Notes under the pieces: generated by a model
What the model was told of the DNA's origin: nothing
What the model saw: only the letters and a program-made list of their open reading frames with translations
Database searches by the model: none
Origin: Eledone cirrhosa
Lineage: Eukaryota
Direction of reading: 5' to 3'
NCBI GenBank assembly: GCA_964016885.1
Contig: OZ024757.1
Location: forward strand, 18,972,001 to 19,036,000
Length of the DNA stretch: 64,000 bases
In this document: positions 52,118 to 64,000 of the stretch, one piece after another
How the letters are laid out: each line of letters opens with the position of its first letter
How positions within the stretch are numbered: position 1 is the stretch's first letter
Position numbers and translations under genes: made by a program

Positions 52118-52622
52118 TGTTTTCTTTATTAACCACAAGGGTTCACATAAAGTAGACATTAAGGACAGTACAGGACAATACAGGACGGTACAAATGGGCA
52201 TTTCTGCGTGTAAAAAAACAGAGGTTGAAATAAAATAACAAAGAAAAATTCCCCAATAGGGGGGAGACTTCCAAGGGACATTTGTGGAGAAAGCCCATTA
52301 AAAGACCACAGTGGCCCTGACCACCAGGGCAAGTGCCCTCTCCCAGTTTTCCACCTTTAATTTACAGACACATACTCAGAGAAGGCCCATTCATTTGGGC
52401 CATACTTGCTTCTCTCACCCATCTTTCAACAAAATGCTGGGAAGAGAGCACTTCCCTCTCTACCCTAATTTTCCTTTTCAAATGAAATTTGAAAAAGTTA
52501 ATCAGGGCATCACCGAAGAGGTAAGTGCTCGTCTTCAGCCCTTTCAAACGTGTCCACCATACTATCTCTTTCGCCATGGCCACCAGACAGATAAAAACTG
52601 CCTGCCCTTCCAGACTCAAAGA
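52118..52622 (-). mobile_element. Tx1/L1-like LINE 3' end between (TAA)n tracts
   Basis: EGQAVFICLVAMAKEIVWWTRLKGL...FVERW; continues the family at 20787-21485. Confidence 0.7.
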
Positions 52623-52717
52623 ATAATAATAATAATAATAATAATTATAACAATAATAATTATAATAATAATAATGGCAATAATAATAATAATTATAACA
52701 ATTGTTATCTATTTCAG

Positions 52718-52824
52718 ATTCTTCTAATGAGAAATTTTCCAATGACAGGCGTGGTAGTATGCCACTGGTTCCGTCTGTTGATGGTGGTAATATGGTGGAG
52801 TTGGGTACAACATCCAAGCTAGCA
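52718..52824 (+). CDS. Candidate internal exon (DSSNEKFSNDRRGSMPLVPSVDGGNMVELGTTSKLA)
   Basis: TCTATTTCAG acceptor, GTAAGT donor, open in the phase matching exon 38327-38477. Confidence 0.55.
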
Positions 52825-53173
52825 GTAAGTACCTTGCTTTTTATATCACTCCTTCTACTCCTCGCTGGTCTCCTCCTTCTCTTCTTCATCATCGTCATGG
52901 TGATGATGATGGTGATGGTGGTGGTGGTGATGGTGATGTGACCATCGTCATCAACATCGTCATCAACATCACCCCCCCTCCCCCCTTCATCATTATCCTT
53001 CCTCCTCTGCCTCATTCTGTTACTCATTAGGAAGGACATCCAGCTGTAGAAACCAAGCTGGAAACAGTTCTGTATGAGCAAGACATGCTCCCCTGATCTT
53101 ACCTGTCTCTTCCATGCTAACATGGAAAATCAACATTAAACAGTGATGATGATAATGATGATTTCCACTTTAA

Positions 53174-54773
53174 CCCCTTTTAGCATTTAAACCAGCCATA
53201 TCCAGCCAGAATTCTTTCATCTCTTTCTGTACAAACCGGCTGTATCCAGCCACTCATACTGATGTTAAGGTATTGTTCTCCAAATAAATGATATCAAAAT
53301 CTCGTAGATTCAATATTATGTGAGGTAAAGCTTTTACCATGAAAATACAATAGTATATATAGAGTAATGTAAATGTTATGTGAGGTAATTATGTGCAGTA
53401 AAGTGTTTACCATGAAAATACAATAGTATATATAGAGCAATGTAAATGTTATGTGAGGTAAAGCCTTTACTGTGAAAATACAATAGTATATATAGAGTAA
53501 TGTGAATGTTATGTGAGATAATTATGTGAGGTAAAGCCTTTACCATGAAAATATAATAGTATATATAGAGTAATGTAAATGTTATGTGAGATATTATGTG
53601 AGGTAAAGCCTTTACCATGAAAATACAATAGTATATATAGAGTAATGTGAATGTTATGTGAAATAATTATGTGAGGTAAAGCTTTTACCATGAAAATATA
53701 ATAGTATATATAGAGTAATGTAAATGTTATGTGAGATATTATGTGAGGTAAAGCCTTTACTGTGAAAATATAATAGTATATATAGAGTAATGTGAATGTT
53801 ATGTGAGATATTATGCGAGGTAAAGCCTTTACTGTGAAAATATAATAGTATATATAGAGTAATGTAAATGTTGTGAGGTAAAGCCTTTACTGTGAAAATA
53901 CAATAGTATTTATAGAGTAATGTAAATGTTATGTGAGATATTATGTGAGGTAAAGCCTTTACCATGAAAATACAATAGTATATATAGAGTAATGTAAATG
54001 TTATGTGAGATATTATATGAGGTAAATCCTTTCCCATGAAAATATAATATTATAAATAGAGTAATATAAATGTTATGTGAGATATTATGTGAGGTAAAGA
54101 CTTTACCATGAAAATACAATAGTATATATAGAGTAATGTAAATGTTATGTGAGATAATTATGTGAGGTAAAGCCTTTACCATGAAAATATAATAGTATAT
54201 ATAGAGTAATGTAAATGTTATGTGAGATAATTATGTGAGGTAAAGCCTTTACCATGAAAATATAATAGTATATATAGAGTAATGTAAATGTTATGTGAGA
54301 TATTATATGAGGTAAATCCTTTACCATGAAAATATAATATTATATATAGAGTAATGTAAATGTTATGTGAGATATTATGTGAGGTAAAGCCTTTACTGTG
54401 AAAATATAATAGTATATATAGAGTAATGTAAATGTTATAAGATAATTATGTGAGGTAAAGTGTTTACCATGAAAATATAATAGTATATATAGAGCAATGT
54501 AAATGTTATGTGAGATATTATGTGAGGTAAAGCCTTTACTGTGTAAATATAATAGTATATATAGAGTAATGTAAATGTTATGTGAGGTAAAGTATTTACC
54601 ATGAAAATATAATAATATATATAGAGTAATGTGAATGTTATGTGAGGTAAAGCCTTTACTGTGAAAATACAATAGTATATATAGAGTAATGTAAATGTTA
54701 TGTGAGATATTATGTGAGGTGAAGCCTTTACCATGAAAATACAATAGAATAGAGTAATGTAAATGCTAAAGGG
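53174..54773. mobile_element. piggyBac-type MITE with internal ~58-75-bp minisatellite (53315-54760)
   Basis: TTAA-CCCCTTTTAGCATTT ... AAATGCTAAAGGG-TTAA; about 20 internal units. Confidence 0.75.
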
Positions 54774-55432
54774 TTAATTTGTAAACAATATGTGATTAGT
54801 ATCTTTCATTAAAAATATGATAATGAAAGGGTTAAAGCAATTAAAACTAGGAGGATTCTAAATTTATATTTATCACAAATATGATTCTTTAAAATTGTTA
54901 GCAGCTGCAGATATTTCAACCAGTTTTAACCGGTTTAAATTGCAATGATTCAAATGGTTTCATATGGATTTTTAAAAGCGGTTTTATTTTATTTTTCGTT
55001 GCTTTTTTGTTTTTTTTTGGTTTTTTATCTCAGCATTCATTTCTTTTTTGATGCATAAGTGGAGAGGGTGTTTTGTTTTGTCACGACAATTTTTTTTGTT
55101 TTGCAGTTAAATCTCATTTCAACTACGAACCACTTCACTATGAAGTAGATGAAGGAGCCTTTTGCCTTTTTTTCTTCTTCTTTTTCAGTCAAACGCACTG
55201 AAGCCAGCACAGTGTTATAGGTGCCTTGGCTCAGAGACAATGGTGAAATCAATATTAAATCGATATTAAATGTTTGCACAGTCATAGCTGTGAGGTTAAG
55301 AAGTTTGCTTCACAACTACATGGTCTTGTGTTCAATCTTATTCCACTGTGCTTTCTACTATAGCTTCTGGCCAACTAATACTTTGTGTAACTGGATTTAG
55401 TAGATGAGCCTGGTTATATGTATAATATCTCT

Positions 55433-55477
<45 letters not shown>

Positions 55478-55499
55478 TGTATGTATATATCATTTTTTT

Positions 55500-55834
55500 T
55501 TCATCATTTCATTTTACGTCCACTTTTCCCTGCTTGCAAGGGTGGGACGGGAACTGGTTCTGGCTTGATTTCTACAGCTGGATGCCCTTCCTAACACCAA
55601 CCTCATTTACAGTGAGTGCTGGGTGCTTTTTTGCCGTGGCACCTCCACGACCACTTTGCAGTGGAATGATATGGACCCCAGTCCCTATCATCTCATTTCT
55701 ACAGCTGAGTAAACTGGAGCAATGTGAAATAAAGTGTCTTGCTCAAGGAAACAACACATCACCCGGTCTGAGAATTGAACGCACAACCTTTCGATTGCAA
55801 GGCCAATGCTCTAACCACTAAGCCATGTGCCTCC
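55500..55834 (-). mobile_element. SINE family A
   Basis: Near-identical to 25735-26066. Confidence 0.85.
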
Positions 55835-55853
55835 ATATATATATGTATATATA

Positions 55854-56777
55854 CAGGGTGCGGACGATATCTGTTCGCAAGATTACTGTCTAGGAAAAAA
55901 TAACACAGTAGTTTCATTTTTTAAGATATATTTATCAAACTTGGGTCAGTTTGTCTTCATGACTTGTTCTTTCGATGTCACTCGATAAACCCGCCATTGG
56001 CTTTGATGACGGCCTCAAGGCGGCCTCGGAACCGCCTACAGGCCTTCGTCACTGTCCCCCCGACTTAGGCCCCTAAAGGCACTTGTGTTCCTGGCCTTCA
56101 GATCGTCTTTCGTATTGCAGCTAGATCTGTTGGTGTCTCGTTCCACTGCGCCCCACACAAAGAAGTCGAGGGGGTTGCAGTCAGGCGAGCTGAGAGGCCA
56201 GATGTCAGGTGAAGTGTGGTCGACGAATTTCTCTGACAGCCAGGCTTGGGTCTTTCGACTGGTATGGCAGGGCGCTGAGTCTTGCTGCCACACGTACGGC
56301 CTACCTGCAACTACCTGGTCGACCCAGGGCTTTACTACCTCGCTCAGAACGCGGATGTAGCCATCGGTGTTCAGCTTGAGGCCCTCAGGGAAGAAGTGGG
56401 GTGGCATGACGTCACCTTGACTGCTGACGACACCTAAGACCAATGTTGTCGCTGGAAACTTTGTCTGCATGACTCTGGGCACGTCTCTGGATGAGACAGC
56501 GAGCCACTTGTTGTTCTGGGAGTTGATCTTCTGCTCTTATTTGTCCTCCCGGCGCAGATTCCAAGAAGAACTCCGTGTCTCTTCCACAAATTTGGAGGTT
56601 CAAAATTATTCATAATCAATTATTCTGAAAATAAATAATGGAAATATAGTCACTGTTTTTATGAAGACAAGAGTGACAACGGAAGTAAAACAATTTCCAT
56701 AAAATTAGCAGTTGAAAATTGCGAACAAATATCAGATGTCGCCCGCACAACAAATAACAGATGTCGTCCGCACCCTG
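55854..56777 (-). mobile_element. Tc1/mariner DD37D (maT) deletion derivative
   Basis: Same TIRs and TA flanks; QQD-x37-D (WPLSSPDCNPLDFFVWG). Confidence 0.9.
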
Positions 56778-56801
56778 TATATATATATATATATATATAT
56801 A

Positions 56802-57217
56802 TCATCATCATCATCATCATCACTGTTTTACGTCCGTTCTTCCACGCTAGCATGGGTTAGACGGGTTGTCCTGTTGTGGGCAGTGTCTGGTCGGCTGACC
56901 ATGCCTTGCTCATACAGGAACTGATCTGGCTTGATTTCTACAGCTGGATGCCCTTCCTAACACCAACCTCATTTACAGTGAGTGCTGGGTGCTTTTTCGT
57001 GGCGCCTACACGTCCACTTTACAGTGTGGGCTGGGTGCTTTTTTGCCGTGGCACCTCCACGGCCACCTTGCGGTGGGGGGGGGGGCATATTGTTTATATG
57101 CTTCAGCATGTACCCATGGGAGGTCGGGTACCCTGTATTACTGCGTGACGCCAGAAGTCACGGTCGTGTGTCATTGACTTTGAGAGGTGTAGTTGGGTAA
57201 GGTCGGCTTTTATCACC

Positions 57218-57256
<39 letters not shown>

Positions 57257-57283
57257 TGAAAAGATTCAGGACCTTTTATCATC

Positions 57284-57320
<37 letters not shown>

Positions 57321-57768
57321 TATATACATATATATATACATATATGAAAAGATTCAGGACCTCAGCCACCTCCACCCATGATTTTCGTGATCTTCCTTCC
57401 ACTGTGATTTCTTGGCACTTCTTTACCCAGCAGTCATCCTCCATGCGCATCACATGTCCATACCAACGCAGTCTTCTCTCCTGCACACTGCAGCATATCC
57501 CTTTTAAACACTGTTTCTCTCTCAACACATCCATGCTTGGTTGTTCACGCACATTGATATTGCACATCCAACGGAGCATGCTTGCTTCATTTCTCTCCAG
57601 CCATCGCATCTCCTCTGCAGTTGCTGCCCATGTCTCACTACTATGCAGCATCGTGCATCTCACACAGGAATCATATAACCGGTCTTTCGTTCGTAGGGAG
57701 AGAACCTTCTTCGTCAACAGAGGAAGCAGCTCCCTAAACTTCTTCCAACCCGTCCTTATTCTAGATAC
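56802..57768 (-). mobile_element. RTE LINE 3' fragment interrupted by duplicated (TA)n blocks
   Basis: SRIRTGWKKFRELLPLL...SETW...ERRLRWYGHVMRM; 3' UTR and tail. Confidence 0.85.
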
Positions 57769-57786
57769 TATATATATATATATGTA

Positions 57787-58075
57787 TATATTGAAAGGAT
57801 AACAAGGACGATTGGTTACTCCTTCATTACATTTATTGGTGGGTGACGCGCGTTTCGCCACTGATAAGCTCAAGGTTCGATCTGTTTCGATCTTACCCAA
57901 CTCTATAATCGGCAGCTCGACAGACCCTTTATAAGGGTCCGTCAAACTGCCGATTATAGAGTCGGGTAAGATCGATACAGATCGAACCTTGAGCTGATCA
58001 GTGGCGAAACGCGCGTCACCCACCAATAAATGTAATGAAGGAGTAACCAATCGTCCTTGTTATCCTTTCAATATA
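57787..58075. repeat. ~140-bp-arm inverted repeat with PLE-type GAAACGCGCGTC motif
   Basis: Near-perfect arms centred near 57930. Confidence 0.9.
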
Positions 58076-58192
58076 ATACACTCTATATAGCTCTACACCT
58101 CAACACAGAAGTGAACCTAAACATCGAGTGCTCGCCCGGGTGAACCTGCAGTAACTCCAAGATACACTCCCTAGATATATATATATATATAT

Positions 58193-58553
58193 ATCATCAT
58201 CATCAACCCCGTTTTACGTCCGTTCTTCCACGCTAGCATGGGTTAGACGGGTTGTCCTGTTGTGGGCAGTGTCTGGTCGGCTGACCATGCCTTGCTCATA
58301 CAGGAACTGATTTGGCTTGATTTCTACAGCTGGATACCCTTCCTAACACCAACCACATTTACAGTGAGTGCTGGGTGCTTTTTGCCATGGCACCTCCACG
58401 ACCACTTTGCAGTGGAATGATATGGAACCCAGTCCTATCATCTCATTTCTACAGCTGAGTAAACTGGAGCAATGTGAAATAAAGTGTCTTGCTCAAGGAA
58501 ACAACACATCACTCGGTCTGAGAATTGAACTCACAACTAAGCCATGTGCCTCC
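58193..58553 (-). mobile_element. SINE family A variant with deleted head
   Basis: Same body; alternative RTE tail. Confidence 0.75.
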
Positions 58554-58930
58554 ATATATATATGTCTGTGTGTGTGTGTGTGTGTATATATATATAGGGA
58601 GAGAGAGAAATATAAATAGACAGTCATGGCTGTGTAGTTTAGCAGTTCACTTCTAAACCATATAGTGTGGTATGGTGTGGTGTGGTGTAGTGTGGTGTAG
58701 TGTGTGGTTTGGTGTGATGTGGTGTAGTATGGTGTGTGGTACCTTGGACAAATGTCTTTTAAGTTTGACAACCATGGCAGTTTAATGACAGTTGTTTTTA
58801 GTATCAAAAGTGTTAAAGAGTTCACCAAACTACAGACTGTGGTAATAATGTGTGTATGTGAGGAGACCGTGACTGTGTGGGATGGTGAGAGTTGGGGGTG
58901 TGGGCTTTGATGTTTCTAAGCTTGATAATG

Positions 58931-58966
<36 letters not shown>

Positions 58967-59350
58967 GAGAGAGAATTCCCCCCCCCCCCCTCCCCAAAAA
59001 AACCTATTTAACTCTAGTAAAAAGTGGACAATATCTTCTCTTTAAAAGCCATTCGTTTGATGAGGAATATGGTGCTGCCTCGGTGATATCAGATTCTCTG
59101 CTGTATTTAGTAGATTGTATCTACTCTAGTTCCTGTGGAATGGTTTGTAATTGCTACAGTCATTGTTTCATTGGCTAAAACTACAACAACAACAATGACA
59201 ACAATAACAACAATCAAAGGAATAGAAATAAAATCATTTAATAAAACATTTAATAAAACAACAATAACTACAAAAAAATAAATAAACCCTCTTTGCTTTT
59301 AAAGATAAAAATGTTGGTTAAGTCTATCTTTATAAAATTTCTAAATTTAA

Positions 59351-60077
59351 CCCTTTAGCATTTACTCTATATATATACCTCTGGCGTCACGCAGTAACAC
59401 AGATGACCCAACTTCCCACGGGTACAAACCAAATCTGAAGCATATAGACAATATACCCCCACCCCTTCCCACTACAAAGTAGTCGTGGAGGTGTCATGGC
59501 AAAAAAGCACCCAGTACTCACTGTAAAGTGGTCGTGTAGGTGCCACAGTGAAAAAACATCCAGCACACTGTAAAGTGAACGTGTAGGCACCACGGCAAAA
59601 AAGCACCCAGCACTCACTGTAAAGTGGTCGTGTAGGTGCCACGGTAAAAAAGCACCCAGCCCACACTGTAAAGTGGTTGTGTAGGCGCCACGGAAAAAAG
59701 CACCCAGCACTCACTGTAAATGAGGTTAGTGTTAGGAAGGGCATCCAGCTGTAGAAATCAAGCCAGAATCAGTTCCCGTATGAGCAAGACAAGGTCTGCC
59801 GACTGGACACTGCCCACAACAGGACAACCCGTCTAACCCATGCTAGCGTGGAAGAATGGACGTAAAACAGTGATGATGATGATGATGATGATGATACTAT
59901 TGTATTTTTATGGTAAAGGGTTTACCTTACACAATTCTCTCACATAATATTGAATCTATGAGATTTGGATATTATTCTTTTTGAGAACAAAACCTTAACA
60001 TCAGTATGAACGTCCGGTTTGAACAGAAAGAGGTGAGAGAATTCTGGCCCGATATGGCTGGTTTAAATGCTAAAGGG
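59351..60077. mobile_element. piggyBac-type MITE interrupted by an RTE 3' end (59378-59895)
   Basis: TTAA-CCCTTTAGCATTT...; MITE resumes after the (GAT)n tail; ends AAATGCTAAAGGG. Confidence 0.7.
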
Positions 60078-60124
60078 ATAAAGGTGTGTGGATTAGAAGT
60101 TTGGGTTTTGGTATTAAGATTGTT

Positions 60125-60755
60125 GGCGGCAAATTGAGAGAGGTGTTAGAATGGCAGATATAATGCTTTGTGGTATTTATTTCAACTCTCTGTTATCTGA
60201 GTTCAAATCCCACCAAGGTTAACTTTACCTTTTATCCATTTAAACTGGCCGAATCTGGCTAGAATTCTCTCACCTCTTTCTCTTCAAACCAGCCATAACT
60301 GACCACTCATACTGATGTTATGGTATTGCTCTCAAAATAAATAATATAAAAATCTCATAGATTTGATATTATGGGAGGTAAAGCCTTTACTGTGAAAATA
60401 TAATAGTAAATATAGAGTAATGTAAATGTTAAAGGGTTAAGGTTGATAAACACAATACCAGTCTAATACTGGGGTCAATTCTTCCTCTATATCTCATTCT
60501 CACTTCCTCTCTTTCATTTTTTCTGAGCTTTGAGTTCAAATCCTACCAAAGTCAACTTTGTCTTTCATCCATTTAAGGTTGATAAACACAATACCAGTCT
60601 AATACTGGGGTCAATTCTTCCTCTATATCTCATTCTCACTTCCTCTCTTTCATTTTTTCTGAGCTTTGAGTTCAAATCCCACCAAAGTCAACTTTGTCTT
60701 TCATCCATTTAAGGTCAATAAAAAAATATACCAGTCAAATATTGGGGTCGATTCT
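60125..60755 (+). mobile_element. Diverged SINE B-like copy split by a piggyBac-type MITE (60240-60436), with a 137-bp tandem duplication
   Basis: GAGTTCAAATCC at ~60199, 60532 and 60668; MITE end AAAGGGTTAA. Confidence 0.55.
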
Positions 60756-60789
60756 TCCTCTATATCTCTTTCTCTCACTCTCTCTATCC

Positions 60790-61145
60790 TTCTCTGGAAG
60801 AAATCTGTTGTATTCAGCCCTGGAGAGGGGATGGACCCTGCCAGATTTACAAAGGCCCTAGAAACGCTGTATATCAATACAGTGGCCCTACGACTCCCAC
60901 AGGAATACGGGACCATTTTACAAGAGATGTCAACATGAATGGACCTGTTATTTTTATCTAAAGACATTTTGTCCAATTCCAACCCGCCCGTCCCCTCAAT
61001 CTATCTTATTTCTCATTCTTTCTTCTGATGAAGGACTAGCGTCCGAAACGTTAAGACCCTCTTCCTGCTATATCAAGTGTTAACCTAATATATACCTTCC
61101 ATATACTGTACTGATTGTGTTGGTATTTCTGTTTACCTTTTACAT
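60790..61145 (+). mobile_element. Penelope-like element 3' end: ORF terminus plus pLTR with hammerhead (61021-61056)
   Basis: LWKKSVV...RFTKALETLYI...LRLPQEYGTILQ* resembles the PLE GIY-YIG C-terminus; UCUU-CUGAUGA-A-GGA cuagcg UCC-GAAAC-GUU^AAGA. Confidence 0.65.
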
Positions 61146-61155
61146 ACATACATAC

Positions 61156-61200
<45 letters not shown>

Positions 61201-61428
61201 TATATACATACACACACACACATATACATACACACACACACATATACATACACACACACACATACACATACATATATATATATATATATACACACACATA
61301 TATACTATACATACACACACACATATATACATACACACACATATACATATATATATATATATATACATACACACATATATACATACACACACATATACAT
61401 TCATATATATATACATACACACATATAC

Positions 61429-61459
<31 letters not shown>

Positions 61460-61903
61460 TGTTGAGGTTGGCCATTTCTTTAGGTATATCCTGCAATTAC
61501 TGCTATAGGTCTATCTTATCTATTTATATATTTATCTAGCTAGCTATGTCACCCTCTTTCTATATGTATGTGTATATATATGTGTGTGTGTATGTGTGTA
61601 TGTATGTATATATCTATGTATATATATTTATTTTGGTCGCCAACTCTGTGCAAGACATTTTAGATCATTGACTGGGCTAAAAAGCCACATTCGATCGCAG
61701 CGCTGCTAATTGCTATCGCGTGTCCATGTGTAGATATGTTTGTGTGTGCACATGTGTGTGTATATATATATATGTATATGTATATTATTATTGTTGTTGT
61801 TGTCGTTATTATTATTGTTGTTATTATTATTATTATTGTTATTATTATGGGGGGGGGGGGTTCTCGTGCAATGGCCATACTCGATAACGAGGGGGCAGCC
61901 ATC

Positions 61904-61935
<32 letters not shown>

Positions 61936-62169
61936 TCTTCTAGTTTTATAATTTCACAAATCTTTACAAATAGAGAAAGAGTCGGTTTCTAACAGACACA
62001 AGACTCTCTCATTGGAATTTACACAACATCATCTAGGTAGATATGTATGTATGTATGCATGCATGTGTAGATGTGTAGGTATGGATGTTATTGAATGCGT
62101 GGAGGTGTATGTTTTGAGTTGTATGTGTGTATGTGCATATACTTTGTATCTGTATAAGTGTATATGCAG

Positions 62170-62217
<48 letters not shown>

Positions 62218-62219
62218 AT

Positions 62220-62558
62220 GGAGGCATATGGCTTAGTGGTTAGAGCATTGGCCTTGCAATCGAAAGATTGTGAGTTCAATTCTCAGACTGGGTGATGTGT
62301 TGTTTCCTTGAGCAAGACACTTTATTTCACATTGCTCCAGTTTACTCAGCTGTAGAAATGAGATGATAGGACTGGGGTCCCTATCATTCCACTGTAAAGT
62401 GGTCGTGGAGGTGCCACGACAAAAAAGCACCCACCACTCACTGTAAATGAGGTTGGTGTTAGGAAGGGCATCCAGCTGTAGAAATCAAACCAGAATCAGT
62501 TCCCGTCCCACCCTTGCAAGCAGAGAAAAGGGACGTAAAATGATGATGATGATGATGA
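62220..62558 (+). mobile_element. SINE family A, full length
   Basis: GGAGGCATATGGCTTAGTGGTTAGAGC head to (GAT)n tail. Confidence 0.85.
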
Positions 62559-62697
62559 AGATATATATATATGTAAGAGGTGAGTTTTATTGTAGCACAA
62601 TAAAGGAATGCAAATATCAGATAAGTAGCACTCTACAGTTTGTAGGACTGGAGTATAAATAATATAAGATCAAAAGATGGTTAAAAGAGTTCCAAGT

Positions 62698-62766
62698 ATT
62701 TTATTATGCGCATTTCAAAAACAAATAGCATCATGAGATGATATCTGCGTTCTCATCAGATAAAAT
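62698..62766 (-). ncRNA. Type I hammerhead ribozyme motif within PLE-like fragment 62570-62775
   Basis: Reverse complement: AUUUUAU-CUGAUGA-GAACGCAGAUA...UAUUUGUUUUU-GAA-AUGCGCAU-A^AUAAAAU; flank matches 46970-47100. Confidence 0.7.
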
Positions 62767-62789
62767 AGGGACTAACTGGACGCTCGTAT

Positions 62790-63442
62790 GGGACTATCTG
62801 GCAGGTTTTCTACGGCTGGATGCCCTTCCTAACACCAACCACGTTCGTTTACAGTGTGGAACTGGGAGGTTTTTACCGTGCTACCTACACGGCCACATTA
62901 CAGCGTGGACTGTGTGTGCTTTTTTTTTGTTGTGATACCTACACGAACTCGATCTCATTTTCTCGTGCTGTTGGTGGGAGGATAGAGTAGGGGTAGTAGA
63001 TTGAGGTGTATATTTGGTTAAGAGGTGCCTACTGACTGTAGGTTTTGCTTTGTACATAGGCAAGGCGGGTCTTCTGTATTACTGCGTAGCGTCAAAGATC
63101 TCGGTCCAGAGACATTGTCTTAGAGAGATGTAAGTGTGTGAGGTCGGAATTTATCAGATCGTCCCAGGTTTTTCTGAGTCTACCTACTCCGTAACTCCCA
63201 TCAATTTTGATTGCCCTGCACTTTTTTATGCAGCTGTCTTCTCTCAAGTAAACAGCATCTGATCCCTCTTATTCCTAATTTCTCACTTAGTTCATTTATG
63301 CTTTGCCGTTCACGTATATTACTATTACACATCCAATGGAGCATGCATGCTTCGTTCCTTTCCAGTCTACGCAGGTCCTCTGCACGTAATGCCCGTGTCT
63401 CACTGCCATGTAGCATTGCTGATCGTATACAGGCATCATACA
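62790..63442 (-). mobile_element. RTE LINE 3' fragment
   Basis: YDACIRSAMLHGSET...LRRLERNEACMLHWMC. Confidence 0.8.
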
Positions 63443-63462
63443 TGTATATATATATATATATA

Positions 63463-63785
63463 CTCTTTTAGCTGTTCCAGCCATCCGGCTGAGGCCATGC
63501 TAGGGCACCACCCTTGTTGCTACACATTCTATCTCCAACTGTGTTGGCTGGCGATTGGTGTAAGAGGGAGTTTGTTGCTGTTGCCCTTAGCTTACCTTCA
63601 TACCGTGCTGTGGGCTCATCCGGGATCCTGGATAGCAGGGTGTCAAGATGTTTCTGGAAATCATCCACGTCCACACCATGCAGATCTCTCTAATTTTTTT
63701 GGCAGCTTGTTGAAGAGTTGAGGGCCCTTGAACCCCAGGTTATTGCAATATCTGCTCCTTATTCTAGATGTGGAAGACAGGACCT
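63463..63785 (-). mobile_element. CR1/Jockey-group LINE C-terminal fragment
   Basis: LGFKGPQLFNKLPKKIRDL...FQKHLDTLLSRIPDEP. Confidence 0.6.
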
Positions 63786-63799
63786 ATACACACATACAT

Positions 63800-64000
63800 A
63801 TCATCATCACCGTTTTACGTCCGTTCTTCCACACTAGCATGGGTTAGACGGGTTGTCCTGTTGTGAGCAGTGTCTGGTCGGCTGACCATGCCTTGCTCAT
63901 ACGGGAACTGATTCTGGCTTGATTTCTACAGCTGGATGCCCTTCCTAACACCAACCTCATTTACAGTGAGTGCTGGGTGCTTTTTTGCCGTGGCACTTCC
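63800..64000 (-). mobile_element. RTE/SINE 3' tail running off the window
   Basis: Same as 56802-57060. Confidence 0.8.

Noticed and set aside
57103-58050. 315-aa ORF
   Set aside because: Chimera of a fold-back repeat, TA tracts and an RTE fragment
62220-62292. tRNA gene
   Set aside because: tRNA-like head continues into a SINE body present in many copies

Overview
AT-rich, repeat-saturated animal genomic DNA. It is most likely a coleoid cephalopod (Octopus-like), inferred from the microsatellite load and the tRNA-derived SINE families. Almost all long ORFs in the track are microsatellite or minisatellite artefacts. Supportable content: two tRNA-derived SINE families; RTE, Tx1/L1-like, R4/Dong-like and CR1-like LINE fragments; three copies of an internally deleted DD37D (maT) Tc1/mariner element; Helitron Rep/PIF1 remnants; a hAT-type MITE swollen by a ~50-copy 84-bp satellite; piggyBac-type MITEs with an internal minisatellite; and a few candidate host exons (best pair 38327-38477 and 52718-52824, + strand). 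The most striking signal is about 20 complete, degenerate or half type I hammerhead-ribozyme motifs (CUGANGA...GAAA...NUH) from about ten unrelated sequence families. Most have a palindromic minimal stem III, many sit in fold-back inverted repeats inside (TA)n tracts, and one directly follows a GIY-YIG-like ORF end. This points to a dense, diverse population of Penelope-like (PLE) pLTR remnants. All folds were read by eye; none was computed or tested.
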